Shown here in pieces: positions 12,372 to 26,353 of a DNA stretch of 64,000 bases. Position numbers and translations under genes: made by a program. The notes beneath the pieces were generated by a model. It was given only the letters and a program-made list of their open reading frames with translations, was not told where the DNA came from and did not search any database. This stretch comes from the human T2T-CHM13v2.0 reference genome, Homo sapiens. The stretch is from the NCBI RefSeq assembly GCF_009914755.1, contig NC_060936.1. One strand, written 5' to 3'. Every line of letters starts with the position of its first letter. Within the stretch, counting starts at the first letter, position 1.

Positions 12372-14266
12372 TAATCCTGTAACATATACAGAGCTGATGA
12401 ATAAAAGGGATCACCAGGTGGGGTCCACGAATGGCCTATGAGGATACCACACTGTGGACATGCCCTGACCATCATGCTCACTGACTGGAGATCTAGATAG
12501 GAAAAGTCCTCCTGATTCAGGATCTTGAGAGACTTTGGAAGTCTAGGAGGAGATGGGACCTAAAGAAAGACCAGCACAGACCTGACATTCAGAGGCTTAC
12601 CACATCTGTAGGGACACTCAGCACAGAAACAGACTCAATGGAGAGACTGGGACACCAACTGTCCTACCCCTAACTTACATATCCCAAGAGAGTCCTGAGG
12701 CTCTCATATGTCTTGTGCAGTATAGATTTGGTTGGTGTAGAATTACAGAACATATAGCTGGCATTAGGAATTCTGTGCATTTTTTTAAACTGCAGGGGAA
12801 AGAGGAACGGCTTAAAAATTTCTGAAAAATCACTAAAACGAAAATCTTTTCTATACCTTGATATTATCTGAGTAATATGGAATTCCCTAGTAGGAACTGC
12901 ATATATTTTAATGGCAAATGTACACAGAAAGAGCTTACCTGAGTATGTATTAAATATCTGTTCCCATCTCTAACATCAAGTGGAAAAAACAAGGTACACA
13001 ATGATATGTAAAATACTTGTGTTTTTTAAAAAGGATGAATAGAGTATCTTTGAAAGACAGACAGTAAACTGCTAAAAGTAGTTGCCTCTTGGGGAAGGAA
13101 ATGGAGAAGAGAGCTTTATTCTGGACTACATGATTTTTGTAATATTCAAATTTTTCACGATATACATGTATTACTTTTACCCAGTAAAATTTATATAAAG
13201 GATGAAGAGGGAAAAAAGGGAGGGAAAATGTTTATTCCCTGCCCTCAAATACGAATGCATCTGAAAAAAATCTGAAAAACCCAAGTTTTTAAGGGAGATT
13301 TTTGATTTCACTTAGGGAGAGCAGGTTCATCTTTTAACATGCTTGCTATCTTAATTTTTCTCCTAGAAAAAAAAGGCCCAAGAGGCCCAAGGCCAGCTGG
13401 TCCCAGCAGCAGATAGACATCAGCACCTGGACTGGTTTGAATACCTCAAATGTCTGATGACCTCAGACTCCCAGGCCCTCTGCTCCTCCTGATCAGAGTT
13501 TGGCTTCCCAGGTGATAAGCTTTTCAAAAGAGAAGGTACTGCAGATACATGCAGTCTGGCTCACTGACCAACTGGGAGTTCCAGTTTAAAAGAAATAAAA
13601 CAACATGCAGTCTCTAGACTAATACTAAATTAAAAACAACATAGTTCATTATTCAAGGGTAGAAATCTCCTTAAAAGTCTTTCAGGCTTTGTTGAGTTGT
13701 GCTCACTTGTGTGCCATTTGTAGATCTATATGGAAGAGTCTGAAACAAATGCTTTTCATGTCAAGATCCCCCTTCTAGCTGCAAACAGTCTCAATTAAGC
13801 CACACAACAGTCTGCTTCTATTATAATTTGGTTTCCCACTTAATGCAAGAAGAAGATTATTTTGCATTTTTTTAAAAGTCACCATTAAGTGATAACCCTG
13901 CAAGCCCCAAATAAATGACCCTAGAAACTTAGCAAAGCAATACAGGGCTATGGTTTTATAATTCCCCTAGTGCACTCTAGCAATATTTAACAAGCCCTGT
14001 GTGTAGTGGTGTGGGAGGGAAACTAACCCAGGTTAAAATCAGCTCAGTGGAAATGAGCATATTAACGACAAAAAGGATTCTTCCTCCCTCAAACAGACAT
14101 TCTCCAGTACGTCTAAAGTCTGAGACTTTTCCATTCTTCTAAATAACTTGTCGTAACCAATGGCAAAGGTATTCGTTAGCTGCAGCGATTATTTGAATGT
14201 AGGTCCCCTCCAAAACTCACTGAAATTTAACTGCCATTGTAACAGTACTAAGAAGTAGGACATTCT

Positions 14267-14566
14267 GGCCAGGGGCAGTGGTTCACACCTGTAATCTCAG
14301 CACTTTGGGAAACCTAAGTGGGCGGGTCAGTTGAGCTCAGGAGCTCGAGACCAGCCTGGGCAACATGTTGAAACCCCATCACTACAAAAAAAGATAAACA
14401 TTAACCAGGCAAGGGGGTGTTAGTGGTCCCAGCTACTCAGGAGGCTGAGGCGGGAGGATCGCTTGAACCCAGGAGCTAAAGGCTGCAGTGAGCCAAGATC
14501 GCAGCACTGCACTCCAGCCTGGGGGACAGAGTAAGACCCTGTCTCAAAGAGAGAGAGAAAAAAAAA
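14267..14566 (+). mobile_element. AluJ
   Basis: Diverged dimer with J-type features (ggaggatcgcttga, gaccctgtctc). Confidence 0.9.
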
Positions 14567-14867
<301 letters not shown>

Positions 14868-17800
14868 GTAGGACATTTAAGGCCTGATTAGGCCAGGTCT
14901 CCACCCTTATGGGTGGGATTGGTGCCATTATAAAAAGGGAGATTTGATCTCCTCTTGCTCTCTTTTTGCCCTTCTGCCCTGTGATAACACAGCAAGAAGG
15001 CCCCTGCCAGATGCTGGTTCCTTGATATGGGACTTCCAACCTCCAGAACTGAGTCAATAAATGCCTGTTCTTTATAAATTACACGGTCTCAAGTGTTTTG
15101 TCACAGTAGTACCAAACAAACTAAGATAAATACAGGAATAAATTTCTACACTGATCAGTACCTCTTTTGACTATCTATTCACTTTATATCATTAGAATTT
15201 GCAGATCATCTTTGCTCTAAATAATTAAAAAATATTTGAGAAAATCTTATCTGAATGTCTTTTAAGAATTACTAAAACTAAAAAACTTCCTACAAATTTG
15301 GAAATGATTCTCTGGCAGATTAAAATATATGCAGTTGGGAGTCATTATAATTTATGTTTTATTTTCCTATTTAAACATTCTCAGTTTTATTATGATCAAA
15401 ACTGGGTTTTATGTTTCTTTAGGAATTTCCATCAATTGATAATGCATTGATTAGTTATGCTTTATAAGTATAAAATCTAACTTCATGACTGGGGTAGACA
15501 AATGATATATCTAAACATTCAGTATAAACCTGATCTATAACGATACTCAAATATTGATGAATTGATAAGGAAACTGCCATATTACAGTTGTAAATTACTA
15601 AGGCACACAGAAAGACAGAACTAGCTTCAATTTGGACAGTTTATAAGGGAAAAATTCAACTGTGATACCTAGGTAGTACATATATTAGATAACAAAGACA
15701 ATTAACTTCCCTATTTGGGTCATTTAAGTTTCTAATTAAAGGTGTACGACATTCTAAACCACTTGTCTTTCTTCTTCAATCCCCTTCTTACATTTTCCTG
15801 CTTCCATTTCCAAGCATGCAATCTCCCTCTCACTCCTATCTTTTATAGCTTCTCTTCCAAATAATCCGTTTTCTGTCAGTAACTCAATGCAATTTTCCTT
15901 TGCTTTTTACTCCCTCTTCCTCTAACTGTGGATTTCACTGTCCTCAAGCTGCCTTGAAGAAGCCACAGAGATAAAGATTCTTTATTCCTACTTCTCCATC
16001 AATTCTCTTGCCTTCCGTCCTTCCTTCCTTCCCATTTCTGGGATGAGTTTTTCACACATTTTCCTCTAGTTAGTTTCTGTTTTTTGCATTCTCTTCCCCT
16101 GAGCGTCTCTTTCCTTTTAAAACTTGCCATTGATTATTTGGCCTCCAATAACATCAAGAATTTTAACTGTTTTTTATTGTTGCTGCCACTTGGTCATAGT
16201 GACAAAATATATTTTTTAAAAAATAGTAATAACAGACATGCAATGGACTATTAATATATAAAATGCTTTTAATTAGTATAAGGAATTATATATAGTCATA
16301 AGAATTCAAACCGTTAGTTGGCAGGAAAAGTAAAAGATAACTTCTGTATTTTTTACAAATGTACACTTCTAATTGCTATTTTAAAATAATGTTAGCAAGA
16401 CATTAAATTCAAACAGTTAAACTATTTTAAAATCAAATCTGTGAATGAGACTGTCTCTAAAAAGAAAAAAAATCTAATTTGGTTTAACAAAGAAAAAGTA
16501 ACTCTTCTAGCCTACAATAAAAAACTTCTGACGTAGACACCTAATTTTGAAGTACAATGTATTGTGGGTATAAGCCAACTTGTTTTTATATTTAACCTAT
16601 GCTTGCCACAGCAGTCAGCAGCTAATGTAATGAATAGAGTATTCCTGCCAGCCTATAGCGTATGCCACTGAACACGAGGAAATACTCTAGTAAAAGCAAA
16701 AGGAAAGCAGGAAACAAGGTGGGTATTAAAAAAAAAGAGTCTTCTATACAGTTTCACTCAACGGTATTTAAAACTAAAATTGACTTAATTAAACCTTTTT
16801 AATTTTTAAATGATCAGTGTTTTAATGAAAACTATTATCCTACCTTAGGTAATATTTTTTAAGAACTTGAAATATATTTAAAGTAGTATATGATTTATAC
16901 ACACTTGTCTAATATAAGTTCTTAAGCCCTACAATACAGCAACTAATAGCTCAAGATGTAAGCCTTTAGATATTTCTCTGAAGTAATATGCTAACCTTTT
17001 ATAAAAATTACATGTATAAAATTCTTGAGATAAACTGAAATCTATGAGAAGAATCTCGCTGATTTTTTTTACTCTTCTCCCAGACCTCAACCCAGATTCC
17101 CCCCCATTTTGCTCATTCTTTTTTTCTATATATATACACACATTATTTTTAAAGTCTCTTGAAAATCATTTCAGAGAAAAACTCAGGTTTGGATATCAAT
17201 GATGAGAAAAACACATGAAAATTGTATTAAAAATTTGCTATAGCTATCATTTTTCTCATAACACACTCTTGAATAAACATAAATAATTTATGTTGATACC
17301 ATATCATCTATCCTTAAATAAATTATTTAGGCTCAGCACCAGTTAATATATCAAATCAGAAAAATCAAGACAACCAGCAAGGTAACACCAAATCAACCAT
17401 AAATTTGAGACATACATCAAACTACTCTGCTACCTTTAAAAACAAAACCAAATATAATAAACGATGGAAAGAAAAAATTGAACATGGATGGACAATTCAG
17501 GCCCAGGCTTACTCTACACTGTGAATTAAGATACATGTTATTGAAGCAACATTTCTTTACATGACATTCACCCATTTTCAATAACACAAAAAGACAATGA
17601 AAGGTTTATCTACAAGTAAAAAGATGGAAATATTAATAAACATACTATGCTTAGCTCTTGAAACTAATCCCCTAGTCAATATAAAAGGAAATAAAAAATT
17701 TTAACAATCATCCTATTTGTGATTAAAAACATGAAATATACACTGGAATTCAAAGTTACTGAAAGTAAAAAAAAAAAAGCTATCACCTTATTTAACTTAA

Positions 17801-18631
17801 CAAAATGATTAAAAAACTATACTTTTATTTATCAGTATTAGTAACTGACTTTTAAGCCTCTTATGGTTGCATATTTTAAAAAAACAGAGAAATCTTTTGA
17901 GCATTTATCCCTAACACTCTTACCTTCCTCTCTTCCTATTTCCGCTAAATTGCTATTTTTGAATTTTTCCAGACATTGCCTTCTTTCATGTTACAACACG
18001 CAATTACTCCATTTTTAAGACTCTATTATATTTTTCAGACCTTTTCAAAACCTATCTTACCCTCAAATTTTCCAAAACATTTTGAGATAGCTTTAAAAAT
18101 TGTATTTAGCCCATGTCCTCCTGAAAAGACTTGAAGCACAAGACAATAAATAAGCACGCAACACAAACCACAATTTACAAAACTACAGAAATATTGGCAG
18201 AAAGGTACAGATACACTTTTAAGTGTTTACTGATTATTTTAAATGCAGTATTCAAGGAAAAGCACATAGGTTTCACAGTTAAGCACTTAGTATAGAAAGT
18301 TTTACATATATTCGTATTAGATGTGATGGTCTGATGATGATGATGACAATAAAGGGTGGCATAATCAATCAATGGTTTTCAAACTCTTTGAGACCCTTTC
18401 TTCAAGTGAAATCACATACAGAAGATGGATATATAAAAACATGGAATCAAAGCTGCTGTTTCAGAAAAGTAGGGGATCCAGAGACCTACCCTCAATCCCA
18501 TCCTTCTCTGCTCCCTTTCACTTTGCCTCCTGGCAGGCCAAGAGGTACCTCTGACAAACCTCTATGGTTCAGAGGAGCAGAATTTAAAATTAAAATTATT
18601 GGTTTAATTGATTAAAAGTTATTTGAAATCA

Positions 18632-18900
18632 TTTTTTATTCTGTTTTTTTTGAGACAGCGTCACTCTGTCGCCCAGGCTGGAGTGCAGTGGCATGATCAC
18701 AGCTTACTGTAGCCTCAACCTCCCTGGGCTCAGGTGATTCTACCACCCGGCTTCCTGAGTAGCTGGGACCACAGGCACACCACCATGCATGACTAATTTT
18801 TTGTATTTTTTGTAGAGAAGAGACTCCTAGGCTCAAGCAATCCGCCTGCTTCGGCCTCCCAAAGTGCTACGATTACAGATATGAGTCACCGCGCCCAGCT
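18632..18900 (-). mobile_element. AluJ with internal deletion
   Basis: Dimer lacking part of the left monomer. Confidence 0.88.
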
Positions 18901-19039
18901 GAACACACTTAAATTAAATACAGACGCTCAGTGTGACCTTGGGGTCTAATTTAGCTTTTGATTTACTTTTCAAAATGGGAATATGTTAATAATTGAAGAA
19001 CCATAAACTATAGAAACCCAACGAATTTTAAAGGTTAGA

Positions 19040-19160
19040 GAGAATCTTTTCACATTTTACAAAGGACGAACTGAGGCTCAAAGAGGTTAAGCAATTGGTC
19101 CAAGTTCTCATGCCTAATCCATAGCAGAACTGAGAAAACAGGTCAGTTGCTTTTCCAACC
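19040..19160 (-). mobile_element. MIR
   Basis: aactgaggctcaaagaggttaagcaattggtccaag. Confidence 0.65.
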
Positions 19161-19685
19161 TACCTCACGGTCCCTCTCAATTCTCCCTAAAATGAGCTGC
19201 AAATATTTTAGGTACTGTTCAAATAGGACTTACTCTACTCAAATTCTTATTTTCTTGTTTTTTAGTCCACAAAATATCATTTGGATACCGTATAGTAACG
19301 ATCACATAAGCACCAGTTATAATTCCTTTGAAAACATTTTGAAAGCTATTGCAGAAGTGGAAAGTTGTCCTTATAGACAAGGCAAACTTAGAGAGCTGAA
19401 ATCTAATCTTCTGCAGAATTCAGTAGGTATTAACAACATAGTAAAACAGAGCTAACAGGGACCCCAAGTCCACAAATACCTTTTCCTACAGAATAACAAT
19501 CAATCAAACCTTTGTCGATTAGGTTTTAGGGCTTTTTTTTTTTTTTTTGGCCCCTATTGCAGGATAAGGATAAATGAAATTATACCTAGAAGTGATTTGG
19601 AACTAACCCTGAATAAATACAAATTTCTGTATAAAGTAGATGTTAAAGAAAAAAAAACTTGCTGTATAGTGAATTCAAGAAAGAC

Positions 19686-19980
19686 TTTTCTTCTTTTTGA
19701 GAGAGGGTCTCCCCCTATCGCCTGGGCTGGAGTGCAGTGGCACAATCACAGCTCACTGTAGCCTTAACCTCCTGGGATCAAGCAATCCTCCCACCTCAGC
19801 CTCCCACGGAGCTAGGATCACAGGTGCACACCACCACATGCAGCTCATTATTTATTTTTTGTAGAGCTGGGGTCTCACTGTGTTGCCCAGGCTGGTCTTA
19901 AGCTCCTGGATTCAAGCGATCTTCTCGCCTCAGCCTCTCAAAGTGCTGGGATTACAGGTATGAGCCAACAGGCCCGGCCC
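19686..19980 (-). mobile_element. AluJ
   Basis: Full diverged dimer. Confidence 0.92.
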
Positions 19981-21170
19981 AAAGAAGACTCTTGACAGTT
20001 CTGCTTTCTGCCTGGAAGCTGTATTTAATTCATAAATCTGAACTCACATTACCTTTGAATTTGATTTTTCCTCTCTATTCTTTCAAGGACATTGAGATAT
20101 GCTACAATTCTCTATGGAGTTCTAAATCAGAATTTTGGGTGATCACAAAAAGGAAAAAGGACCACAGTTACTACGTTACAAAGTTCAGAATCTGGAAGCA
20201 GCTTATTTTTCGTCTTTGAAATATGAGACAAGATCTATTTATCTATATAAACAGACTTTGTACTGATTTAATAAAGATTCTATTGACATATATGTAAAGT
20301 GAATATAAAACTATTCTGTATTATACATAATTTGGTATCAAATAACAAGTAGGAATCATAAAATAATATCCATTGTATTATAAGACATAAAAGTTGAATA
20401 GCTCATTTCAAATAACTATCATTTCTCAAAATAAATTTAGTGAAAAACACATACTACATTTATCTAATACATAATGCTACAAAATAAGGCATAGTAATTT
20501 TAAATTTTTTTGTAATAAAAATCATACTAAAATCAGATGAGAAATGGAAAACAATACCTCCCACTTTTCCCCAAAGATTATGCAGATCAAAATAGATTTA
20601 TTGCTATTAAATTAAGGAGCTATCAATTTGCACTGGAAAAAAAACATGGCAGTGTCTTATATAAGTACATAACAATGTTCTTCAATTATTGCCACAGCAA
20701 AGACAGGAAGCTCATCGCTTTCTCACTTGTACTACTCCCACTCAAAACCTCTTCATGTATCTTCTGGAAAAAAAAAAGCATTCTGTTGTGCATGAAAATC
20801 CAAAACTTTTTGTGAAGGTTTAATTGTTGCTGGAAAAAACTTACCAAATATAATATAAAATATCAAGTATTCTATGTGTGAATAGTTACAGTGGGAAATC
20901 CAAACCTTTGAAAATAAAGCTTTAATACATTAAGGTATGAGAATAGAATATCATAGGAAAAATTACCTTAATAACTTAGAATGAAATTACTTCAGAAATT
21001 AAAATAAAAGGAACATTAATTTCTCCCCTTTATGAATATGAAGAAACATATAATGAGGGAATGAAGGATAAATTTTCACCTCAAGGTTAGTAAGATTTCC
21101 TATAATGAAGAAGCAGTGAAAGGAACTAGAAACCAGGATTTGTGTTTGCTTTTTCCCTCACTTAACCAAC

Positions 21171-21257
21171 CTTTAGCTGGTGGAAAAGGATGAGAAGGAA
21201 GTGAATCTGAACACAGTTCCAGTGGAAATTGTAAAAGTTCTTCATTATCTGTTGAGG
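21171..21257 (-). CDS. C2CD5: C2CD5 exon (ASTDNEELLQFPLELC...PPAK)
   Basis: tttctag|CC acceptor; AAG|gttggt donor; 87 nt; phase 1-1. Confidence 0.93.
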
Positions 21258-22285
21258 CTAGAAAGGCAAGAAAATATCAGTTATTTAGTAATGATCTATT
21301 ATTAATTTTTTAAAATTAAGAATCTGTGACAACATACATATACATATTCTCAGCTCCATCTCCCCACCCCAATTTATTCTGGTCATTTTCTCCTTGATTT
21401 CTCCCATGGAAACCATTCATCTGCATGATGCTGAGACTGGTGCTATCTTCCCTGGTATGACTCTTGTGAAGCTTTAAGAGATTAATATCTGTAACTCACT
21501 TAGCACAGTGCTTTGCAAATAATAAATGCTAGACAATAATTAATATCCTATACTTTGTCCATTACTAGCTTTTGTGATACTTAAACCGGTTACATGTCTT
21601 CTTTGATAAATATCTGAACACATAATCATTTAATACATCTACCTGACATTAACTCACTGCTCAAATCTTATCAATGCTATACATGTAGAATGTAATCAAC
21701 TTTTAAAAGTTTAGGACTAATCAGGAATATTTCATTTAGCCAGTAAATCATTCAAACTATACAAGAAAGTATAGTATCCCCCATTATGTGTTTTTCAGAA
21801 CACACAGTTTCCAATAATTTGGATTTCTTCAGAATATATATTAAGACTACTTCCTAAATTTTACTGGATTAAGGCCACCTTTGTGAATCTGTTGAACACT
21901 ATGGAACTTGTCCTGAAAATAATACACAGGCACACAATTGTGCTTACTACATCAGTAGGTCCTCAGATGCCTTGAAGACCTTGCCAGAGATCTTAGTATA
22001 GAAACCCTTATATTACTGCAGAATTAATAGGCTATAATTTAAGTCTAAAAAACCAGCAGCATTCTCTATGTAAACATCAGTCAAATACCACCCAGTCGCG
22101 TGTGAAAAATATCAAGTCAGCCATACGCTTATCCACACAGTTATCTTCATAAAGATGAACAGAAAAAGCAGCAAATATTCTTCAAGAAATAAGTAATTTA
22201 TTGAATCCACCTGTCCTGTATATTTTATCACTGAACCATAACACAGACAAACACAAACTGAACTTCCTATTCAGTAAAGATTTAC

Positions 22286-22373
22286 CTCTTTGCAATGACT
22301 TTTCAACAGGGGTTTTTGTGGTTTGTAAAGCCTGATTTTTGTCAAAAGTGATTGCGACTGCCGTGACTGTAAC
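22286..22373 (-). CDS. C2CD5: C2CD5 exon (VTVTAVAITF...KSLQR)
   Basis: ttctag|GTT acceptor; GAG|gtaaat donor; 88 nt; phase 0-1. Confidence 0.95.
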
Positions 22374-22860
22374 CTAGAATTATAAAAACAATAATGGTTA
22401 GCAAAATAATCACTGCCAAAACTAAGTTTCTTACATATTTTTTTCAGTACCACGGAACAACCTACACCAAATACCTTTTCTGGTTAAAATCCTCAACCAG
22501 AATTATGTATAAATTCAAATCATACACAAACTACAACTATACCAAACAGTTATACCTAAATCTAGATATTCCAGAAAGAGCTCAAGAACCTTCTCTAAAA
22601 AATGGGAACTGGTGAAATCCCACATGATGGGTACAGATCCTACTGTATACATGCTGAAGCATACGTGTGCTTACCCCCTCAGATAACTAAAGTTCAGAAA
22701 AAGAAACACACATGGCCTAATGCATACTAACATATATTTTTTAATATTGTGAGGTAAACTAGTATATGTTTATTTAATTACGGCAAAATTATGATAAACA
22801 GATAATGAAAATAATAAAACAGATCAGATAAAGACTAATAATGGACTAAATCTTAATTAC

Positions 22861-22950
22861 CTGAATTAATTCATCTTCAGGCAGAGATACTGTAAAATTT
22901 ACATGGCAAAGGCAGCAGGGGATCATAGATCGTAGTTTAAAGTACAGGCT
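22861..22950 (-). CDS. C2CD5: C2CD5 exon (SLYFKLRSMIPCCLCH...ELIQ)
   Basis: gtgtag|AGC acceptor; CAG|gtaatt donor; 90 nt; phase 0-0. Confidence 0.95.
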
Positions 22951-23428
22951 CTACACAATAGAAAATATTAGTAATGTCACTTTTTTATTTAAAAATTTTT
23001 AAAAGCTGATTTTTTTAATGTACATTATATTATAGCAAATGGAGAGTTAAAAATAAAACAAAACTGGTCCACTTTTGTTTTGTGTATTTTTACACTAACG
23101 ATATACTTTTTAATATTTAAGTAGACAATAAGATTTAATCGTCAATAAGTCACAAAAAATAATATAGTAAGTTTTTTTAAATATACACATATACACTAGA
23201 TTTTTATGGAAGTTAAAGCTATTAACTAAAACTATTTCTTTTATAATTTGATATAGTAAGGGGGAGAGGACAACTTTAGTATCTCACCCGCTGATAGAGG
23301 TAAGGTAAGTAGGTAAGAATGATTCAGCCCACAACTGTGTAAGGTATTACAGACAATACAGCAATATAGACACTTAAAATTTCATTATTATAGACGCATG
23401 AAATAAAATTTAGTCAGAAGGTTCCTAC

Positions 23429-23527
23429 CTTGAGCAAATTTTCACAGAGATCATTAAAGTTCTTATTGAGAGCTTGATTAGTCAGGTTGAGGCTGCTTAA
23501 TCTGATTACTCTTACTGAAGTGAACAT
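23429..23527 (-). CDS. C2CD5: C2CD5 exon (MFTSVRVIRL...ENLLK)
   Basis: atttag|ATG acceptor; AAG|gtagga donor; 99 nt; phase 0-0. Confidence 0.95.
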
Positions 23528-23747
23528 CTAAATGTGGGGTGACATAACATGTCATTTTATTATTTTTAACTAAATATTTTAACAGTTGATAAATTGCCAA
23601 ATAATGAACAATACTAACTAATGTAGTAGAATAAGGATGGTATTTTAATTGCAATAAGGAGGTAAAAAAAAAAAGACAAATATTTAAATGGAACTTACTA
23701 AAATAACTTATGTGTTATGTGCTTAAAATTAAGAAAAAAAGGTTTAC

Positions 23748-23809
23748 CTGTATTTCAGAGGTCCAATTATTTATACCGGGCATAATTTCTGTATTACAAC
23801 TATAAAAGC
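23748..23809 (-). CDS. C2CD5: C2CD5 exon (GFYSCNTEIMPGINNWTSEIQ)
   Basis: tgacag|GC acceptor; CAG|gtaaac donor; 62 nt; phase 1-0. Confidence 0.95.
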
Positions 23810-24205
23810 CTGTCAAAATAAATTGTAATCAAAATATATGATAATATTTCATTGATTTTTGTGTTAAATGACATTTTTCAATTATTATATGAAGTTCTAA
23901 CTATAACACCCTTCATTTTTTTTCTTCTAAAACTATACCTGCAGGAGACTTTAAACCATCCTAATAAATTATCACAGGTTTTTTTTTCCGTGTATAAATA
24001 TAAAAGGACTAAAAATCACTTCCACCTAAGTTCTAACATAAGTATTTTTAAGGTATGTTTTCTACCTTGGAGTAGCAAAGTACATGACAAGCTGTGACAC
24101 TGTGATAAGTCCTTCTTTTAAAGTAAAATTAGTACTGTAACAATTATGAGCTAAAACATTTATATGTAAAACTAGTTTCATCTCAAAGATAACTTTTTTG
24201 TTCAC

Positions 24206-24269
24206 CTGAAGGAGGAGGAACATCAGTAAGTAGAGAATGGACATCTTCCATGGCATCTGTGTCATCAAT
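24206..24269 (-). CDS. C2CD5: C2CD5 exon (IDDTDAMEDVHSLLTDVPPPS)
   Basis: ttttaag|ATT acceptor; CAG|gtgaac donor; 64 nt; phase 0-1. Confidence 0.95.
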
Positions 24270-25094
24270 CTTAAAATAGAGATTAAAACTATTTTATAAG
24301 TAGTAAATGCATAATTATTTCACGTTTTAAAAGAACTATTAATAGAGTCAAGAAAAGGCAGAGTCATTTTTCCTAAGTAAAAATATGTAACAAGAAAAAA
24401 ATTCTAATATCAGTAAATTTCTCCACAGTAATAACCACAAATACTTCCAAGTGAAATATTTTACGTACAAAGTACACTAAGTTAAAAAAGAAAACTAGCT
24501 CTTTCTCAAGCCTTTATGAGAATATGTTTCTAAAGACAAAGACATCATAAGCAATCATTATTCTAATTTGTTTAAATTAATAAAGTGTAATGAGATCCTT
24601 TCACTAAATGCAGAACTCCTTTACAATGGAATTAGGTACAGATAAATTTAAAGACATATCTAATAATAGGTCTAAACTCTATTTTTTTAATAAAATAAAT
24701 AGGTCTAAATTCTATTCTTCTTACATCACCATATTCCACTGTGAATAATAAATAGGGAAACTATCCAGCTGGACAGGCGCTGACATTCATCTGCACCTCA
24801 GTTTCTAAGTCCTAACCTGCAGACTCGCTAAGCTTCTTCCCACATCACCCTCAGGACTTCAAGAACCACTTTCACTTCCACTTCACGTGGCTACCCACAG
24901 TCACAGCCATACCTCAACCCATTATTCCCCAAAACGTTCCACACCCAGGATCTCGAGCATTCTCCAACTACAGTCCTGTCTCTTTGTCCTCTCTTACTGG
25001 ATATTCCACTTGCCCTCTGTCCTCTGCCCATGTTTGAAGCACTTTGTTCTCATGTGCCTCTCTACTTAGCCAGGATCCCAAGATCAGACTTATC

Positions 25095-25285
25095 AATAAT
25101 GCCCTAGATCAAACTTCAGGTAATGTTTGGCATCACCTGGAAAGTTTGTTAAACAGATTCCTGGGCTCCACCTTGAAATTCTCATCTACTAGGTCTGAGG
25201 TAGGGGCCCAAGAATTTGCATTTCTTACAAGCTCCCAGGTAGAGCTGACGCCACAAGTAGGCACATCACACTTTGAGTAGCATTG
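25095..25285. mobile_element. MER5A-like hAT DNA transposon
   Basis: catcacctggaaagtttgttaaacagattcctgggc...aatttgcatttcttacaagctcccaggt. Confidence 0.7.
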
Positions 25286-26212
25286 CTGTAAATAGTACCC
25301 TGGAACTTTTAACCTCCTTGACCTGAGATATTTTCCATGACATATTTTCCATTCTCAGACTGTAGAGAAATGTGGGGAAAAAGTGGGGGGCAAATAACCA
25401 TATAAGTTGAGTTTTCTACAAACTGACACTCTCACCTTGGTTAGGCCTGTGCGTCTCTCATAGATCCTTGTTACAGCCACTGGCACCGTTCCTGACTCTT
25501 TAAACCTCCAATCCCATCCCAACACAATTCTACCACCAGCTTCCTGCTACACCAAGATCAAAGCATCTGATTTTTCTCTCTCTCAACTTACATCTTAATC
25601 ATTTATTTTCCTTTCCTTCAATATGAAAAAGAAAAATCTATCTCTTTGGGAGCTAACCATTCTACAGGGGAGTGCAGAGGAAGCAGATCTGTGAGGAAGG
25701 AGTCTCCATAAACTTTTCATGTGACATTTACTCTCTGGGAAAGTTACTAAAGTGTTCTTAGTATCTTTTTATAAAGATGGATCAATTATACCTTTTGAAT
25801 TCAGTAAGAAAATACTACACTCAGAATTCACAGTGATTATACTAAAAAATGTTATAACTACAGTAATATACAAAAAAGGTAATAATTATAGTAAGTTAAA
25901 GAATGGCACTTCATTTAAATTCATTCAAGTTTACAAAAATAACTTCAAAGGTTTAATACTATTCTATCATTATTTCAACCCATACATTAACTTTTTCAGA
26001 ACCATCTGCATTATTGTATCAGTGACCTGGTATTGAACAAACATATGTTACCAAGTTCTGTTATTTTCAAGTTTGTTGTATTTTTATATAATAACTTTTT
26101 AAATATTTATAACAGTTGTAATGATATAAAAGTATCATATTAATTTAGCACGTGAAAAAATGTGTATCTTAGCTTCCAAAACCTTTAAGAAATTAGTCCA
26201 ATGCCACATTAC

Positions 26213-26353
26213 CTCCAAAACAAAAGCATCTTTTTTCCCATGTGAAAGGTCTAATTCTGTAACTTCATCCGAGCTTTCTGATTGAGATCTTAGAAGTCTT
26301 GAGCGTTGCCTAGGTTCTGGGATGGGTGATCCTATAATCTCTTCAGATATCTC
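26213..26353 (-). CDS. C2CD5: C2CD5 exon (EISEEIIGSP...KDAFVLE)
   Basis: cttttag|GAG acceptor; GAG|gtaatg donor; 141 nt; phase 0-0. Confidence 0.96.

Noticed and set aside
15755-16150. Purine-rich, Glu/Lys-coding-like stretch on the minus strand
   Set aside because: Multiple stops and no clear splice sites; probably a decayed ancient repeat or low-complexity sequence
17924-17944. 21-nt in-frame exon (AEIGREE) with AAG|gtaaga donor
   Set aside because: No pyrimidine tract at the acceptor; extending upstream hits TAA
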